This document shows, one piece after another, positions 48,066 through 62,100 of a stretch of 64,000 bases of DNA. Both the position numbers and the translations under genes were made by a program. The notes beneath the pieces were generated by a model. The model saw only the letters and a program-made list of their open reading frames with translations, did no database searches and had not been told where the DNA came from. The stretch covers positions 357,838-421,837 of the forward strand of contig NW_003314288.1 of assembly GCF_000143415.4 (NCBI RefSeq). The letters run 5' to 3'. The stretch is from Selaginella moellendorffii. Taxonomy: Eukaryota > Plantae > Lycopodiophyta. Within the stretch, counting starts at the first letter, position 1, and the number at the start of each line of letters is the position of its first letter.

Positions 48066-48849
48066 TTCCAAGTAGTAGTCATGGAAGGAGGAATTTGTTT
48101 TGGCTGGGGTGATTCTTTGGAGCCACAAGCGAAGCAAGGAAGGAAGATACATAAAATGGATCAAACAATATAATTCAGGAATTAAATTCTATAAAACAAT
48201 AAAATTTAAAATGAAAATGGTAAAATATAACATAGAATATAAATAGAATAAAATAGAGTAATAAACTAAAACATATGCAACATATACTCTTCAATAATAA
48301 ATTTCAAGCCATGATTCTCATTATATAATCTTGTAAAAAAAAATTCAATAAATACTAAAAAAATTCTAGTTATCTCATTTTTTGAAAAAACTTTTTATGG
48401 AGTAAGCATTAAATATCTGTACTACATTATTTAATAATCCTACCTAAATTCAAACAAAACTGATACAAGCTATTAGTATTATAACACTACCCTTGCATTT
48501 CAAGTTCTTTGTCAAGCTTGCATTTCAAATTTTCCCCCTCTTAGCCCTATGGTTTTTTCTTAGGTTTTATTATTTGGGTTCTCTAGGGTTCGCCACTACT
48601 GGTTCATCTCAGGAGGCATTTTTCCTTCCTCTCTAGCACATCCTAAGCACATATCTCTCCCACACTGTTTTGGTTTGTTTATACTATAGTAAGTTTTTCT
48701 TTCCTCAAAACATATGGTTTCCATTATTATAAAGAGCATACATTTGTATTTTAGTATTGCTTGGCATGAGACTATATGATAGTATAGTGTATTTACAAGA
48801 GAGTCATCCCATACTTGTTTATAGGCATGAGAGCGCATGCCTAGAAATC

Positions 48850-49470
48850 TCAAAACAAAAGAACAAAGATTTACAAGTATAGCGTATGTGGTTTTGACCT
48901 TTTATCCTATAGTGATTTACCATAGGATAACCACGAAGCGGAACCTAAACCCTTTATATGCCATGTGTCACATGCCACATATCCAAAGGATAGTGGTGTG
49001 AAACCCGAGTTTCAGAGCCTTAGGCCATTGAACGAAGGAATGGTGCCAAACTCCCAAGCATGAGCAATAGCACTAGAGCACAGAACGACTCTCGAGCATA
49101 TAGCCCAAGGAATGAAGGGATAGGAGCATGGAATGACTTGGATCAGTCCTAGAGCAAAAAGCATCCTAATGCCAGGACTAGCACACAAAACAAAGCCAAA
49201 CAGAGTTTGGTGCTCGGTGGCCTAACGTGAGGATATAGGTACTCCACCAACTGACATGGAATGGAACTTGGGCTTAGACCCAAGCCGAACGCAGAGTAAA
49301 GACAGGCATGCAAACGGGAGCTAGACTATGCCTTAAGTTAGTTAGCCATGCTCGACTTACCCACTATCCCTACTATACATTTGGAACCCCCATAACCCCC
49401 CCACTTGAGGAACATACGCTTTGGGCTTTCATCCCAATCCTCCCTTAGTATTAGGAGTTAGTCTCTGTGA
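48850..49470 (-). repeat. LTR fragment related to the two chromovirus-type LTR families
   Basis: 49370-49465 is the reverse complement of the shared LTR block GAAAGCCCAAAGCGT...TCCAAA.GTATAGTAGGG. The left boundary is uncertain. Confidence 0.55.
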
Positions 49471-49731
49471 CAAGCTCGAAACTTACTAAATATGGAATGT
49501 CCCTAGATTGCGAATTTGGACACGGGACGAACACCATTGTGTTCAGGCCAATCTCTACATTCCGTAGATATGCCAAATGAGCAAATCTAGAAACTTTCCA
49601 TAAATAGCATTTGGGACCGGAATGAGACTAACACAAAGGGCATGATAGCAAGGGTGTTTAGCAGACATAGTAAGCTATCATCCAGCAATATTGAGGGATT
49701 AATCTCAATATACAAGGGTTCTTGTCAAGCC

Positions 49732-52269
49732 CCGTGTTACGAACACGGCCGGGATCCCGGCCGTGTTCACCGTGTTTCACGAACACGGCCATGGGTCGTG
49801 TTCCCACGGCCGTGTTCGTGAACAGTGGTCCGTGTTACTAACACGGACCACTGTTCAGAATATTCTCGCGCGGAATATTCTGGTTTTAGGGTGCACGGCA
49901 TCACACGACAATCCAGCCAGAGCGCACCATTTCAGGGCACAGCAGCAGCAATCCAAGGCAAACAAGCATGGCGCAGCAATCCAGCATACTGCGAAAGCAT
50001 CCTTCTTCGCGATGGTGGGATGAGGTAAGTGTTCTTGAGAGCAGGGGGCATGGCCACAAATTATGGTCATGCAAATACTGCCCAATGGTGAACAAACTGA
50101 GTGGTGTTGATCGTGTGCGAGCTCATCTGTTAGGAGAAGGCCCAGGCAGCAAGGATATTGTGAGTTGTCCTCTCATCCCAGGTAACAAGAAAGTAGATCT
50201 GCTCAATATGCAAAAGGTTATTGATTCCGAGAAAGGGGCAAGGGGGAAGAAACGGCCGAATGAATCTGGTGGTGCTTCTATGAGAATGGATGGCAATGTC
50301 CAAGGATTTCCACCGGTGGTATCATCCCAGTCAAGTGGAAGTGGCTGCAGTTCCCTGTTTTTTAGCAAACAGAGTCAAGTCCATATTGTTGATTCGATGG
50401 ATCCTGAGCGGAAGAACCAAGTTGATGTGGCTATCGGAAGATTTTTCTGGAATGAACACATTCCATTTGTCAAGGCTCGGTCACCTTACTTCCTCAACAT
50501 GATACAGGAAGTTGCCAGGCATGGTGTGCCTTATGCACCACCAAAATATGATGATCTCCGGGATAAGCTTTTGGTGAAAGAGAAATGATTCATTGACATT
50601 GAGATGGCGTCCTTGAGGAAGCAGTGGGAGCAGAGGGGTGCAACCATATGCGCAGACGGGTGGGCAGATAGGAGGAATCGGCATATCATGGGGCTTGTGG
50701 CATATAGTCAAGGACGAGGAGCTTTTATGAAGGCTATCAACATTTCCTTAACAGGAAAAACAGCTGAAAATACTCTGCACTGCTGGGAAGAAGGCATTAA
50801 CATTGTAGGTGCAGAGAACGTTGTCATGGTTGTGACCGATGGGGAAAATGCAAACAGAGCAATAGCAGCACTTTTGCAACAGAGGTACCCGAAAATTCAA
50901 TGGGCAGCATGTTTTGCCCATTGCTTGAACAATGCCTTGAAAGACTTCGGTGTACTTCCATGGATGGCAACACTTCTGGAGCGTGGAAAGTCTTTGGTGA
51001 TCTTCGTTAGAAACCACTCTCATATAGTGGCACTGCTGGCGGAGTTTACTCACAAGCGATTGCTGCGTTATTGTGATACCAGGTTCGGCTACAACTTCAT
51101 TATGATGGAGAGGCTGGTGGAGCTCCAAGAAGCTTTACAATAGATGTTCGTATGCCCTGCGTACAGAGCAAGGCCTAAGTCGAAGTCAAGAGCAGGAAGG
51201 GACAGTTATGCAACGGTTTTTGATGACAGTTTCTGGCAACAGGTTAAGGACATGCTAGAGGTGTCCAAGGATGTTATGCTGCTTCTTCGTGTTGTGGACG
51301 GTGATATACCTGCGATTGGAAAGATATATGAGTGCATGAACAGGTTGGATGCAAGTTTAGAGGAAGGACAGTCGGATTATGGCAGGTACAGGGAACTTCA
51401 TCAGATCATGTCTAATAGGTGGCATGAGTATCACTCGCTCATGCACTCGGTGGCGTACATGTTGGACCCCGAGTTTCAGGAGTATGAAAAGCATGCTAAC
51501 AGAGAGGTCATGAAGGACTGGAATGCTTATCTGCTGGCCATGTTTACATCCAGTGAGAGGGATGTGATACGTGATGAACTTTTAACTTACCGGAGGATAG
51601 GAGGCATTTTCAACTCATATGATGCTAAGGCTGATCGCACTAAGAGGGGAGCTGTACGTTGGTGGGAGGACTATGGTTATGAAACTCCAGCTCTTTAGAA
51701 GTTGGCCATTCGAGTTCTAAGTCAGGCATGCTCGTCGTCCTCGGTGGAGAGATTGTTCAGTACTTTCGAGCATGTTTCTTCAAAAAAGAGGAACAGACTT
51801 ACCATGGACAGGACAGCGGATCTGGTTTTTGTGGCTTGCAACACCAGGTTGTTAACCTGCAAAAATGATCGTGATTACGACAAGTTTGTAAGCTACAAAG
51901 TCCTGGAGACAGTTCCTCATCCTGAAGACGAGCTTGAGTCAGGACAGGAAGAGGAAGATGGAGATGATGTCGAAGATCGTGAGGTCGAAGATCATGAGGT
52001 TGAAGATGACGATGAGATGCAGGATATTTGAGTAGTTTAAAAGTGTGAAGTAGTTTATGTGCAAATAAAAATATTAAGAATAATATAATAAAATATAGCA
52101 TATTCCTATAATAATATAATAAGAAATAGAATATAATTTTTAAATAACATATTTTTAGAATATTCAGTAGAATATTTGTGAGCCATCGTGGGCCGTGATC
52201 GTGTTCCGTGTTCGGGTTCCTGAAATCTGAGGCTCGTGTTCATGTTCCGTGTTCGTGTTCGTAACTATG
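49732..52269 (+). mobile_element. hAT DNA transposon, full length
   Basis: 8-bp TSD GTCAAGCC (49724-49731 and 52270-52277). Imperfect TIRs CCGTGTTACGAACAC / GTGTTCGTAACTATG. Subterminal GAACAC/GTGTTC repeats. Confidence 0.93.
49968..52031 (+). pseudogene. hAT transposase (BED finger, DUF659-type core, dimerisation domain) with three in-frame stops
   Basis: WSCKYC...RAHL...C, ICADGWAD, CFAHCLN, TRFGYNF, LAIRVLSQACSSSSVERLFS. Stops at 50586, 51141 and 51696 lie in a single frame. Confidence 0.92.
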
Positions 52270-55200
52270 GTCAAGCCAATGCAATACAAAGCAAAAAAGA
52301 ACTAAAAAGCTGCGCCATGGCTAAATAGACACTTAGGAATTCTGTCCTTATACTCATTTGGTAAGGTACAGATGCAAATTCCAGTTTACTAACACTTGAA
52401 CAAGAGGGACTAATAAAGGGTCTAGCAATACTGACCTCCTACCATCGTGGTAGTAAGGAAAAAGTGTCCGTAAGGACTATCCGACAGATAACTTTCGATA
52501 CCCAAAGTCACATTCGCGACACTCTCCCCCCCTAGGGAAGATTGACGTCCTAATCAATGTATATTCGAGTCTACACCACCCCAAAGGAAACAACTCCAGA
52601 AAAAGTTTAAGGTGATCACACTATGTGAAAAATGCACCAACTTAAATGAGTTAGGGGGCAACCTCTTTGTCTAATGTGGATGCATTACTAGCTCAAACAC
52701 CTTTCGGCCATCACCGACAAGGAAATGACTAATAGAGTTAGCCACCCTTGCTGCTTTAGGTGTCACCCAACTTACAAAAGTGTGATACGCCCTTGCTCGT
52801 AGGGACATAAAGAGAGAAGCCAGGCGCTAACCCTCCTAAGCAAAGAAACCAAACCCGTCAGTAAGGTTTAGATAGACTATTGTATACAAGCAGTTAGAGT
52901 TGTTTACACAGTCACACCTTTTTAACAGAATAAGAAACATCGATAGAGAGGTAGGTGATGTGACCAGTCGACAATAGCTACCTTATGACTAGAGATTTCA
53001 CCATACATATGAAATGCCGAAGCCAGTCTGCCTATATTGGCCCAAACTCAAAGATCAATAGATGGACAATATCAAAGTTATAGACAATGATAGCTTAGAG
53101 ACTCAATTATTAGTGACTATATCTTAGATTAGAACACAAAAGTATTCTAAGTAATTTATCATCTGATAAACCAGTATTATAGGATAGGAACCACCAAGAG
53201 CACTATAGTTGGAAAACATAGGATTTACTATCCAACAAAATTCAATAATCAGTGTATCATCAAGGAAACTTAATGCTAAACTTAATTATCAAATATTGTC
53301 GATAGCATGCTAAACAATTTACAAAAGATAACTGAAAGAACACAAAGTATAATCAACCGACAAACACAATGCTCGCGAATGTATCACTCGAAGGAAATAA
53401 CATCCTTGACATTGAATATTAACTTCAAATATTAAAGAAAATATTAACTTCAACATTGAAGCTAATAAGCTAAAATGCCATTCCTCAACAACTTTTAACA
53501 AATGGAGCAATGAGCATAAAATTCAAAGAACCAAAAGCTCAAAAAAGCCTATAGCCAAGTCTTGCTTAATAATGATCACAAGTCTTGTATGAACCAACTT
53601 CAATGCTAAAGAAGAAATCATGGTACAACCCACAATATCCTCTTCAACACTTCTATAAGCTAAACTTCATAATGCCAAAGCTAATGAAGAGCATGCTTAC
53701 ATCAATCCAAAAGCCAAGCACAATGAAGTTATGTTCAACAAGTGATCACCAAACGATCCTCCATGAATCCATTTATAGCAAGACATAACTCACTTCATAA
53801 CAAACACAAGAAAAATCATTAATGATAATATATTTCAATTGAAATCTAACAAGGATTCAATCACTTCAATACTGATCACTAACTCTTCTTTTTATAAAGA
53901 TACTATAATCCACAACTAAATCACTTTCAAAGAAAGCTCAAGCGGACCCTTACTAAATATCTCGTCTAGAACACAACTAACTTAAACTTGCCACTCAGTT
54001 CATTTCAACGTCAATACAGTTGCTACCTAGCAAATTCACGAATGCCAATACCATGAAGCCATAGGCAAATCATTAACATTATCTTCATTGAGACTAATGA
54101 AACTCAATATCAAGCCTGTCAGAGAGACATTTCATTTCACTCAAATCTCAACATCAACAATGTCAATGACAAGGCATCACTTCAATGCCATCAATAACAA
54201 AGCTAGAAAAAAGCACGAGTGAATCACCACTCAAAGCTCTTTAGCATTTAAGCTAACCAAAGTCGAAGATACTTTAGTCAGTATCCGGGATTAATCCTTT
54301 AGCAAAACTCAATTACAGATAACACTTCATCAAAAATGAATCACCACATCCAAGACTCAATGAAATCCAGCACTATAAACTAAACATAACTAAATGATAT
54401 TGACAGGGGTAGAGTCGACATGCCAACATGGAAAACTCATGTAAGTCTAACGATATGATCCTCTGCAACACCATCCTGGTAAAGCAAACTCATCACTGAT
54501 AAATCTTTATTGAGTGAAGCAAGTGTCAACAGTTTTTGCAAGCAATCATTAGTCGCAAAAAAATTAACAATCACTATTTCAACTTGCCTTCACAAGACCC
54601 AACACTAAACTTATGCCATCAAGTCATATACTTGTCCAACATGAACGTAATACCCTAGATATGAGATATTGGTTCATGAACAAGCACGAACTAAATGATC
54701 ACTCGAATCCAACTCAGTCACAATAAGTTCACCAACTTGTCTAGCTAATAGCTTTGAGCATGCCTTGAAGAAGCTAGCTATGTATGATCAACATTTAATT
54801 AAAACTAAAGTGAAGACCATGAGATGGACTCATATTAGTACACAACCTCCTCATAGACAAAGCTATAATACAGGTACCAACATCTCAACCTCAAACAACT
54901 AAGTTGGATATCACTATCCTTAGCTAAGGTACAAAGCTACCAAGACCAAGGCAAGATCAATGAGAGCTCACTACTCTTATAGAGTCTAACGAAATGCAGC
55001 GTGCAACCAAATATAATACTATAGAAAAAAGGCACAAGAGTCACCCTTCTTAGAAAAACCCAATAGTCATTTTTCTACACCAACTCCAGACTCTATCCCA
55101 CTCAATTGCCTTAGCCCCCAAAGTCAACATCCCTTTCAGGCGCATCATACAAACTATTTACTAAGGTTTAATCCAACCAAAGTCAATTCCAACCCCTTCA

Positions 55201-56827
55201 CTAGTTTGTATTGGCTTATGAAAATGAAATGGTTTTTGGGCAAAGTGATCAACAGATCAGCCATTGGAAAAGTTTAAGAAAATTTGTGGAAAATTTTCCA
55301 TCCTAGAGAAAGAATGACTCTCAATCCAGAAATGCAAACTTTCAAAACTCAACTAACTTCTTCTTACCTACAATTTCATATAGTTCACCTCAACACCAAT
55401 TCTTATGACCCATAGTATACTTAAACCTTGAACATCTTTTGCCCATATTTCTGACATTTAACACTGAGATTCGTAAATGCAAAATAAACATTTAAAGCTT
55501 GATCATGAAGACTATATTTTCGGATATCCACATTGCACTAACATTCTTTTTCAACCACCTTCAAGATCCAATGTGAAGCCAAAACACTAACAAGAAAAAT
55601 GACATGGAAAATCAAGCTCTAAGGAAAATCTTAATCACTTAAATTAACAATGCCACTTCTACTAACACAAGTGTTAGCAATGTCAATGCCTCAACTACAC
55701 ACCTTCTCCATCCAACAATCTACTCCAAGTGCTAATGGATTAACCAATAAGCTATAGCAAATGAATGCTATAACCCCTTTTCCAACACCTTATGGGTAAA
55801 CCCTCAAGGAAACAACATACCAACTCAAACTTAGCATAATGGACCACCATCGAGAATCCAGTCAAAGTTACTACAATGCTACTATATGTAAATAGACTAG
55901 CTTCTCCATCAACCACTTTGGGGTTGATCATCATTTAACCAAGCAACTTCGTAAACACATTGCTCACTATCACATGGATATAATATAAAATTACAATAAC
56001 TTGATCATCAATTGAGCAACACCACAAGCAATGCTAATGTCACTACTACAAAGGTTTACGTGAGTATCAAGTGTTAACTCAACTCGACAAAATGCAACAT
56101 AAATGCCACAGTCCACTGATAGAGACTTACAACACTTAACACCATTAACTTTTATTCATAACATGGACAAGCTTATGCCACTCTTTTTTTGACCAAACTC
56201 AAAACTAATCCAACACCAAGCTACTCAAGAAGCAATAGCAAAGTTCATCAGAAAAGAATTGAGTATTGTAACTCAAGTTTTCAATAGCAAGCCTAGATAA
56301 AATGGCTTAGTGCTTCACTGTTATTTGATATTTATAATTTTCTTTGTTTTTCTCAAGTTGTTAAAGGAGATGTAGTAGACATTGTTTAGGATAATGGAAA
56401 ATCAATTGCAAAGGGAAGAATAGAAACTATAGATGCTACTTGCATTTGTCACTGTGCTTCTTTAAGAGTTAGATGTGTTTTGCTTTGCATTATTAAGGGG
56501 TTTAACTTGAATTACTCCCTCCTTACAGGTCAGTTGGATGTTAGTGGGTTTTCTATATAGAAGTAGAATCAACTAATGTCTCCAATAGAGATATTTCCTA
56601 CCAAAATCTCTTAGGGAAATACAATTGGAACACAAAGGAATAATGATGAAGATGTTATTCCACAGAAGATAGAGAGTAAAAATTATTTCCAGAGGCAAGA
56701 ATATCCTTAATTCTGGTTGTTCTTTTATAGATATAAATACTTGTAGTATATGGTATAAAGCTCTTGTGAAGATAGTGAATGCTATACACGCAATTGTGGC
56801 TGAGGGACTAGTTATTGTTGTAGACCT

Positions 56828-58150
56828 ATGTTCTTCTTGAAGAAATGTCGTGTAGTTGTAAAATCATGTGGTGTAAACTAACACAATTTATGTATTGGTA
56901 TTTATATTGTTATGTTATACTCAGCTCGGTAAAGTTGATTAGTCTTCAACAAGGTCGTTGCTCGCCAACTTTGGGATCGAATAGGAGTGCATACTATAGC
57001 TACTCTTTTTACGAGTCCTTGTTGTAATAAAATTTTGTAAAGTAATTGTGGCCTACCTTTAATTGTGTTGTATAAAGTCGTGCACATCCTCACTATGAGC
57101 ATTTGTGTTCTTCAATCGGTGGTGATGTTCAAAAAGTTTGAGCTGAGTAGTGGTTGTATTCTAAGTGTTGTTGTCCTCAAGGTTGTTGTTGATACAGGTT
57201 TCTAGATTCTTGATTCTTGTATTTTTTATCTTTGATCACTATCCATGCTTCAATTAACTATTATTTTTATTCTCTATCGTCCCCAAGGGACCTCCACTTG
57301 TTAAATCCTTAGTATTTGATTTCTATTTGCTTGGTTACTTCTTAATAGCTCATCTGATAAATGTATATTTTTGTTTTCAATAATGTGAAGAAGAAATGCA
57401 AGTGCTTAGTTCCAGATAATTTCCGAACTAGACTACCTATTTCCAACTTATTTGAAACATCAACAAAAGAAGAGATTGAGATTCCAATATAATCCCACCC
57501 TAAAGTTATGTTGTGTAGAGCATCTTGAGACAAACCAAAGACAACAACAATAAAACCATAAAAGAAAATTTAAGAAAATGATAACTCATGAAAACTCTAG
57601 CACAACATCGAATGTACAAATATAACCTTGATCCACTCAAGAAACAAGAGCAAGATCAAATACAAAAAATACGAGAACAGAAGAAACAACTCCATCAAAA
57701 ATTAGAAGTAGACAAGCAATAGAAGACTCAAGCTTAAATCAAAATCCTTAAAACTATATTCAAGATTTTTAAAAAAATGACCTAAGCCACACTAGTTGGC
57801 AAACCAAACAACATTAACACAACCACTACTCAACTCAAACTTTTTGAACATCACTATCGACTAGAGAATGCAAACGCTCATAGTGAGGATGCATACGATT
57901 TTATACAACACAATTAAAGGTAGGCCACAATTACTTTACAATAATTTAACATAACAAAGACTCGTAAAAAGAGTAGCCATAATATGCACTCCTATTCAAT
58001 CCTGAAGTTGGTGAGCAATGATCTTGTTAAAGACTGGTCAAATTTACTGAGTTGAGTATAACATAGCAACACAAATACCAATACATAAAATCGTGTTAGT
58101 CTACACCACATGATTCTACAACTACACAATATTTCCTTGAGAAGAACACA
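56828..58150. repeat. Inverted repeat, ~330-bp arms (56828-57158 and 57818-58150), probably LTR-derived
   Basis: GTAGTTGTAAAATCATGTGGTGTA pairs with TACACCACATGATTCTACAACTAC; GATGTTCAAAAAGTTTGAG pairs with CTCAAACTTTTTGAACATC. Confidence 0.85.
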
Positions 58151-58430
58151 ACAAACCAAAGACAACAACAACAAAACCAAGAAAGCAAATTCAAAAAAAT
58201 GATAACTCAAGAAAACTCTAGCACAACATTGAATGTATAAGCACAACCCTGATCCACTCAAGAAACAAGAGCGAGATCAAATGTAACAAATACGAGAAGA
58301 GAAGAAATAACTCCAATAAAAATTAGAAGTAAACAAGCAATAGAAGACTCAAGCTTAAATCAAAATCCTTGAGATTATATTCAAGACTTTTGATAAAACG
58401 ACCCAATCCACACAAATTGGCAAACCAAGC
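57530..58430 (+). repeat. Direct repeat of ~280 bp (57530-57810 and 58153-58430)
   Basis: Both copies begin CAAACCAAAGACAACAACAA and end TTGGCAAACCAA. Confidence 0.85.
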
Positions 58431-58994
58431 AATTATAGCATATGTGATCATAGGATGAGTTTTAAATATACTGTCACCGTGGATCCTTGGAACCTTGGGG
58501 GATAAATAGGGATAAAATAGCCACTAAAGACTCTCTCATCAAGCAATTACCCCTTTTCCAATTGGGTTTAAGGGAAGAAAAATTCTTCCCTTAAACCAAT
58601 TGGAAAAGGGGTAATTGCTTGGTATTGGAGTAAATGGCACAGGTTTGATTCCCATTGATTAGTGGCTACTTAAAAATATAATATACCCTTGAGTAAAGTA
58701 TATTCCTACCCCTAAATTTGAAATTGTATGTATTGGGCATCTATGCATACGTCCTTCCTCTTGTGTGGAGTATCCATGGATAAAGGTATCCACCGTGAAA
58801 CTGCAGTATGAGTGAATGACTACTTGCCTCACATGGAATAGCTAATCTACACAATGGAAGGATTGATAGATTTAGTGCGGAAATGGAGATACCTTAAGGG
58901 ATAAATGGGGATAAAATAGCCACTAAGAGCTCTCTCATCAAGCAATTGCTCCTTTTCTAGTTGGCTTAAGGGGAGAGAGATAGAGTGCACTACA

Positions 58995-61900
58995 ACAACA
59001 TCAACATAACTAATGTTGAGGAAGACACAATCAACCAAAATTTAAACTTAGATCAAGATTTACCACCACTCAAAAATCCTGATTACGAAGATTACAACAC
59101 CAACAACTTTCAGTCTTATCCAGCTTCTCCAAAAATTGAACCATCACCAACTGTAGAAAGATGGCACTCATCAACCTAGCAACACCCTATTGCATCATAA
59201 TTATGTATCCAATCTTCACCGGTAGCAAAATTGAAGATGTAGAAAGACATCTCTAGCAATTCAACCAAATTATATAAGTTAATCAGCAAGAAGACAACAA
59301 AGAACTTCTATTCCCTTTCACACTTAAAAGAAAAACATTAAAATGGTATTATAATCTTGATGAAAACTTAAGTTTCAAGAAAAAGTAAAGCGATTCAAAG
59401 AGAAGTACCAAGAGAGTACCAAGAGATTGAAAGAGAAGTCAAGAAAAGAGGAATAACCAAAGCTCATCACCAACATTTTTCAACAAGGTATCACACTCAC
59501 CCTTCTCGAACTTTTACAAGTAGCTTCATACTTGAGAAAACAACTTCTCAAGATATGTTAAGCTTCTCCACTAAAAAACTTCAGCTCAAGTCAAGAAAAA
59601 AACCAACAATTCATCCCATAAGGCAAACANNNNNNNNNNNNNNNNNNNNNNNNNNNNNNNNNNNNNNNNNNNNNNNNNNNNNNNNNNNNNNNNNNNNNNN
59701 NNNNNNNNNNNNNNNNNNNNNNNNNNNNNNNNNNNNNNNNNNNNNNNNNNNNNNNNNNNNNNNNNNNNNNNNNNNNNNNNNNNNNNNNNNNNNNNNNNNN
59801 NNNNNNNNNNNNNNNNNNNNNNNNNNNNNNNNNNNNNNNNNNNNNNNNNNNNNNNNNNNNNNNNNNNNNNNNNNNNNNNNNNNNNNNNNNNNNNNNNNNN
59901 NNNNNNNNNNNNNNNNNNNNNNNNNNNNNNNNNNNNNNNNNNNNNNNNNNNNNNNNNNNNNNNNNNNNNNNNNNNNNNNNNNNNNNNNNNNNNNNNNNNN
60001 NNNNNNNNNNNNNNNNNNNNNNNNNNNNNNNNNNNNNNNNNNNNNNNNNNNNNNNNNNNNNNNNNNNNNNNNNNNNNNNNNNNNNNNNNNNNNNNNNNNN
60101 NNNNNNNNNNNNNNNNNNNNNNNNNNNNNNNNNNNNNNNNNNNNNNNNNNNNNNNNNNNNNNNNNNNNNNNNNNNNNNNNNNNNNNNNNNNNNNNNNNNN
60201 NNNNNNNNNNNNNNNNNNNNNNNNNNNNNNNNNNNNNNNNNNNNNNNNNNNNNNNNNNNNNNNNNNNNNNNNNNNNNNNNNNNNTCGACAGTTATGAAGA
60301 AGCTCAAATTCTCAAGGCATACCCTGAATTAAAAACACTATTCTAAGTCGATCTCACCCAAATCATCCTGAAGAAAACAAGCATCAAAGATCCTCAACTT
60401 CAAAATGAAGATTTCCAATACCAAGATGTGAAAGAAAAGACAACACCAGCACACATGAAAAAACAACGAGAACATTCAAGCATCAAACTTGAATAGTTTA
60501 AACCAACGCATCAACAAATTCCACTCCAAGAACAACTAGGTCTACGACAAGAAGGATCATGATTTACACCAATACTCAACCTTGAAGAACCAGCTCAAGA
60601 AATTAACCTTGGAACACTTGAAGAACCAAAAGAACTTCACATTGCCCAAGAGCTTGATGAAGATTTTAAAGCAAAAGCAACCCAACTACTTGACACTTAT
60701 CAAGATGTTTTCACTTGGTCTTAGACCGACTTACAAGGAATTCCACTTGAACTCTACACACATCGGATTGAACTTCTATCACAAGCGGTACTAACAAAGC
60801 AATCAGCCTACCGAATGAATCCCAACTACAAACCAAAGTTAAGGAAGAGCTTGACAAACTCGAAAATATTGGATTCATCTTCCCAATACAAAATCCAATA
60901 TAGCTATCATCATTAGTCATTGTCCCCAAAAAGAACAACAAGTTTAGGATTTGTGTCAACTATAAGAAGCTCAACAATACAACTCAAAAGGACACCTTTT
61001 CAATTCCATTCTTTGATGAAATTCTTAATGCAGTTGTAGGATATGAGATGTACTCTTTTCTTAACGGCTTTAGTAGACACAATCAAGTATACATTGCACC
61101 TGAAGATCAACAGAAGACGGCTTTCATCAATCCATGGGGAGCATACACCTATCTTCACATGCCTTTCAGTCTCTCCAATGAACTATTCATGTTTCAATGG
61201 ATCATCATTGACACTTTTCGAGAATACCTCACCGAATTTATGCGAGTATTTATGGATGACTTTAGTGTCTTTAACAACAAAGAAAATCATCTCCAATGCT
61301 TAGAGAAATGCTTCATCAAATGCTGTGATCACAAAATCGCATTGAACCCTGACAAGTGCATTTTCTTCGTCAAATCAGAAATTCTACTCAGACATGTAGT
61401 TTCCAAAGAAGGAATCCTCATCAACAAGGACAAAACCCTCACAATCACCAACATACAACATCCATTTGATATTTGAAGCCTTCGATCATTCCTCAGTAAG
61501 ATGGGATACCATCGAAGATTCATCAAAGACTACGCTAAGATTGCAAAACCCATCACTGAACTCCTCAAGAAGAATCAAGCTTTCAACTGGACTCAAGATT
61601 GTCAAAAAACCTTCATCAACCTCAAGAATTCCCTCACCCAAGCTCCAATACTTGCTCAACCAAACTGGAACAAAGACTTTAACATCCAAGTTGACGCCTC
61701 CAACTACACCCTCAAAGTGATCCTTTTGCAACAACAAGATCATAAAGACAGATCAATCTACTATGCAAGTCAACGACTCAACTCAACCAAAATGAACTAC
61801 ACTACAACTAAGAAAGAAGCTCTAGCAATGATCTACACACTCTAGAAGTTTCAACACTACCTACTTGGTAACTTCCTCCACCTTCTCAACAAAATGATCC

Positions 61901-62100
61901 TCACTGGCAGAATTGCATGATGGTTCTTACTACTTCAAGAATACAACTTTGAGATCATCTACAAACCTGGAAGAGAACATGAACAAGCCGACCACCTAAG
62001 CCGCATTACAACCAATGAACAACTGAAACACAACATGGACAACTTTCCTGACTCCAATATCGTTGGCAATATAATACAAAATCAACCAAGAAAAATCAAT
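58995..62100 (+). mobile_element. Decayed gypsy gag/RT/RNase H remnant spanning a gap
   Basis: RICVNYKKLN, KTAFINPWG, VFMDDFSV, GYHRRFIKDYAKIAKP, VDASNY, YKPGREHEQADHLSR. Confidence 0.85.

Noticed and set aside
33403-52269. Idea that the PDF-PPR-DYW protein caused the C-to-T stops in neighbouring TEs
   Set aside because: Ordinary methyl-cytosine deamination explains them; nothing in the sequence links the two.
52500-56270. Long A/C-skewed region
   Set aside because: Probably a decayed retroelement interior, but no motif or boundary could be established.
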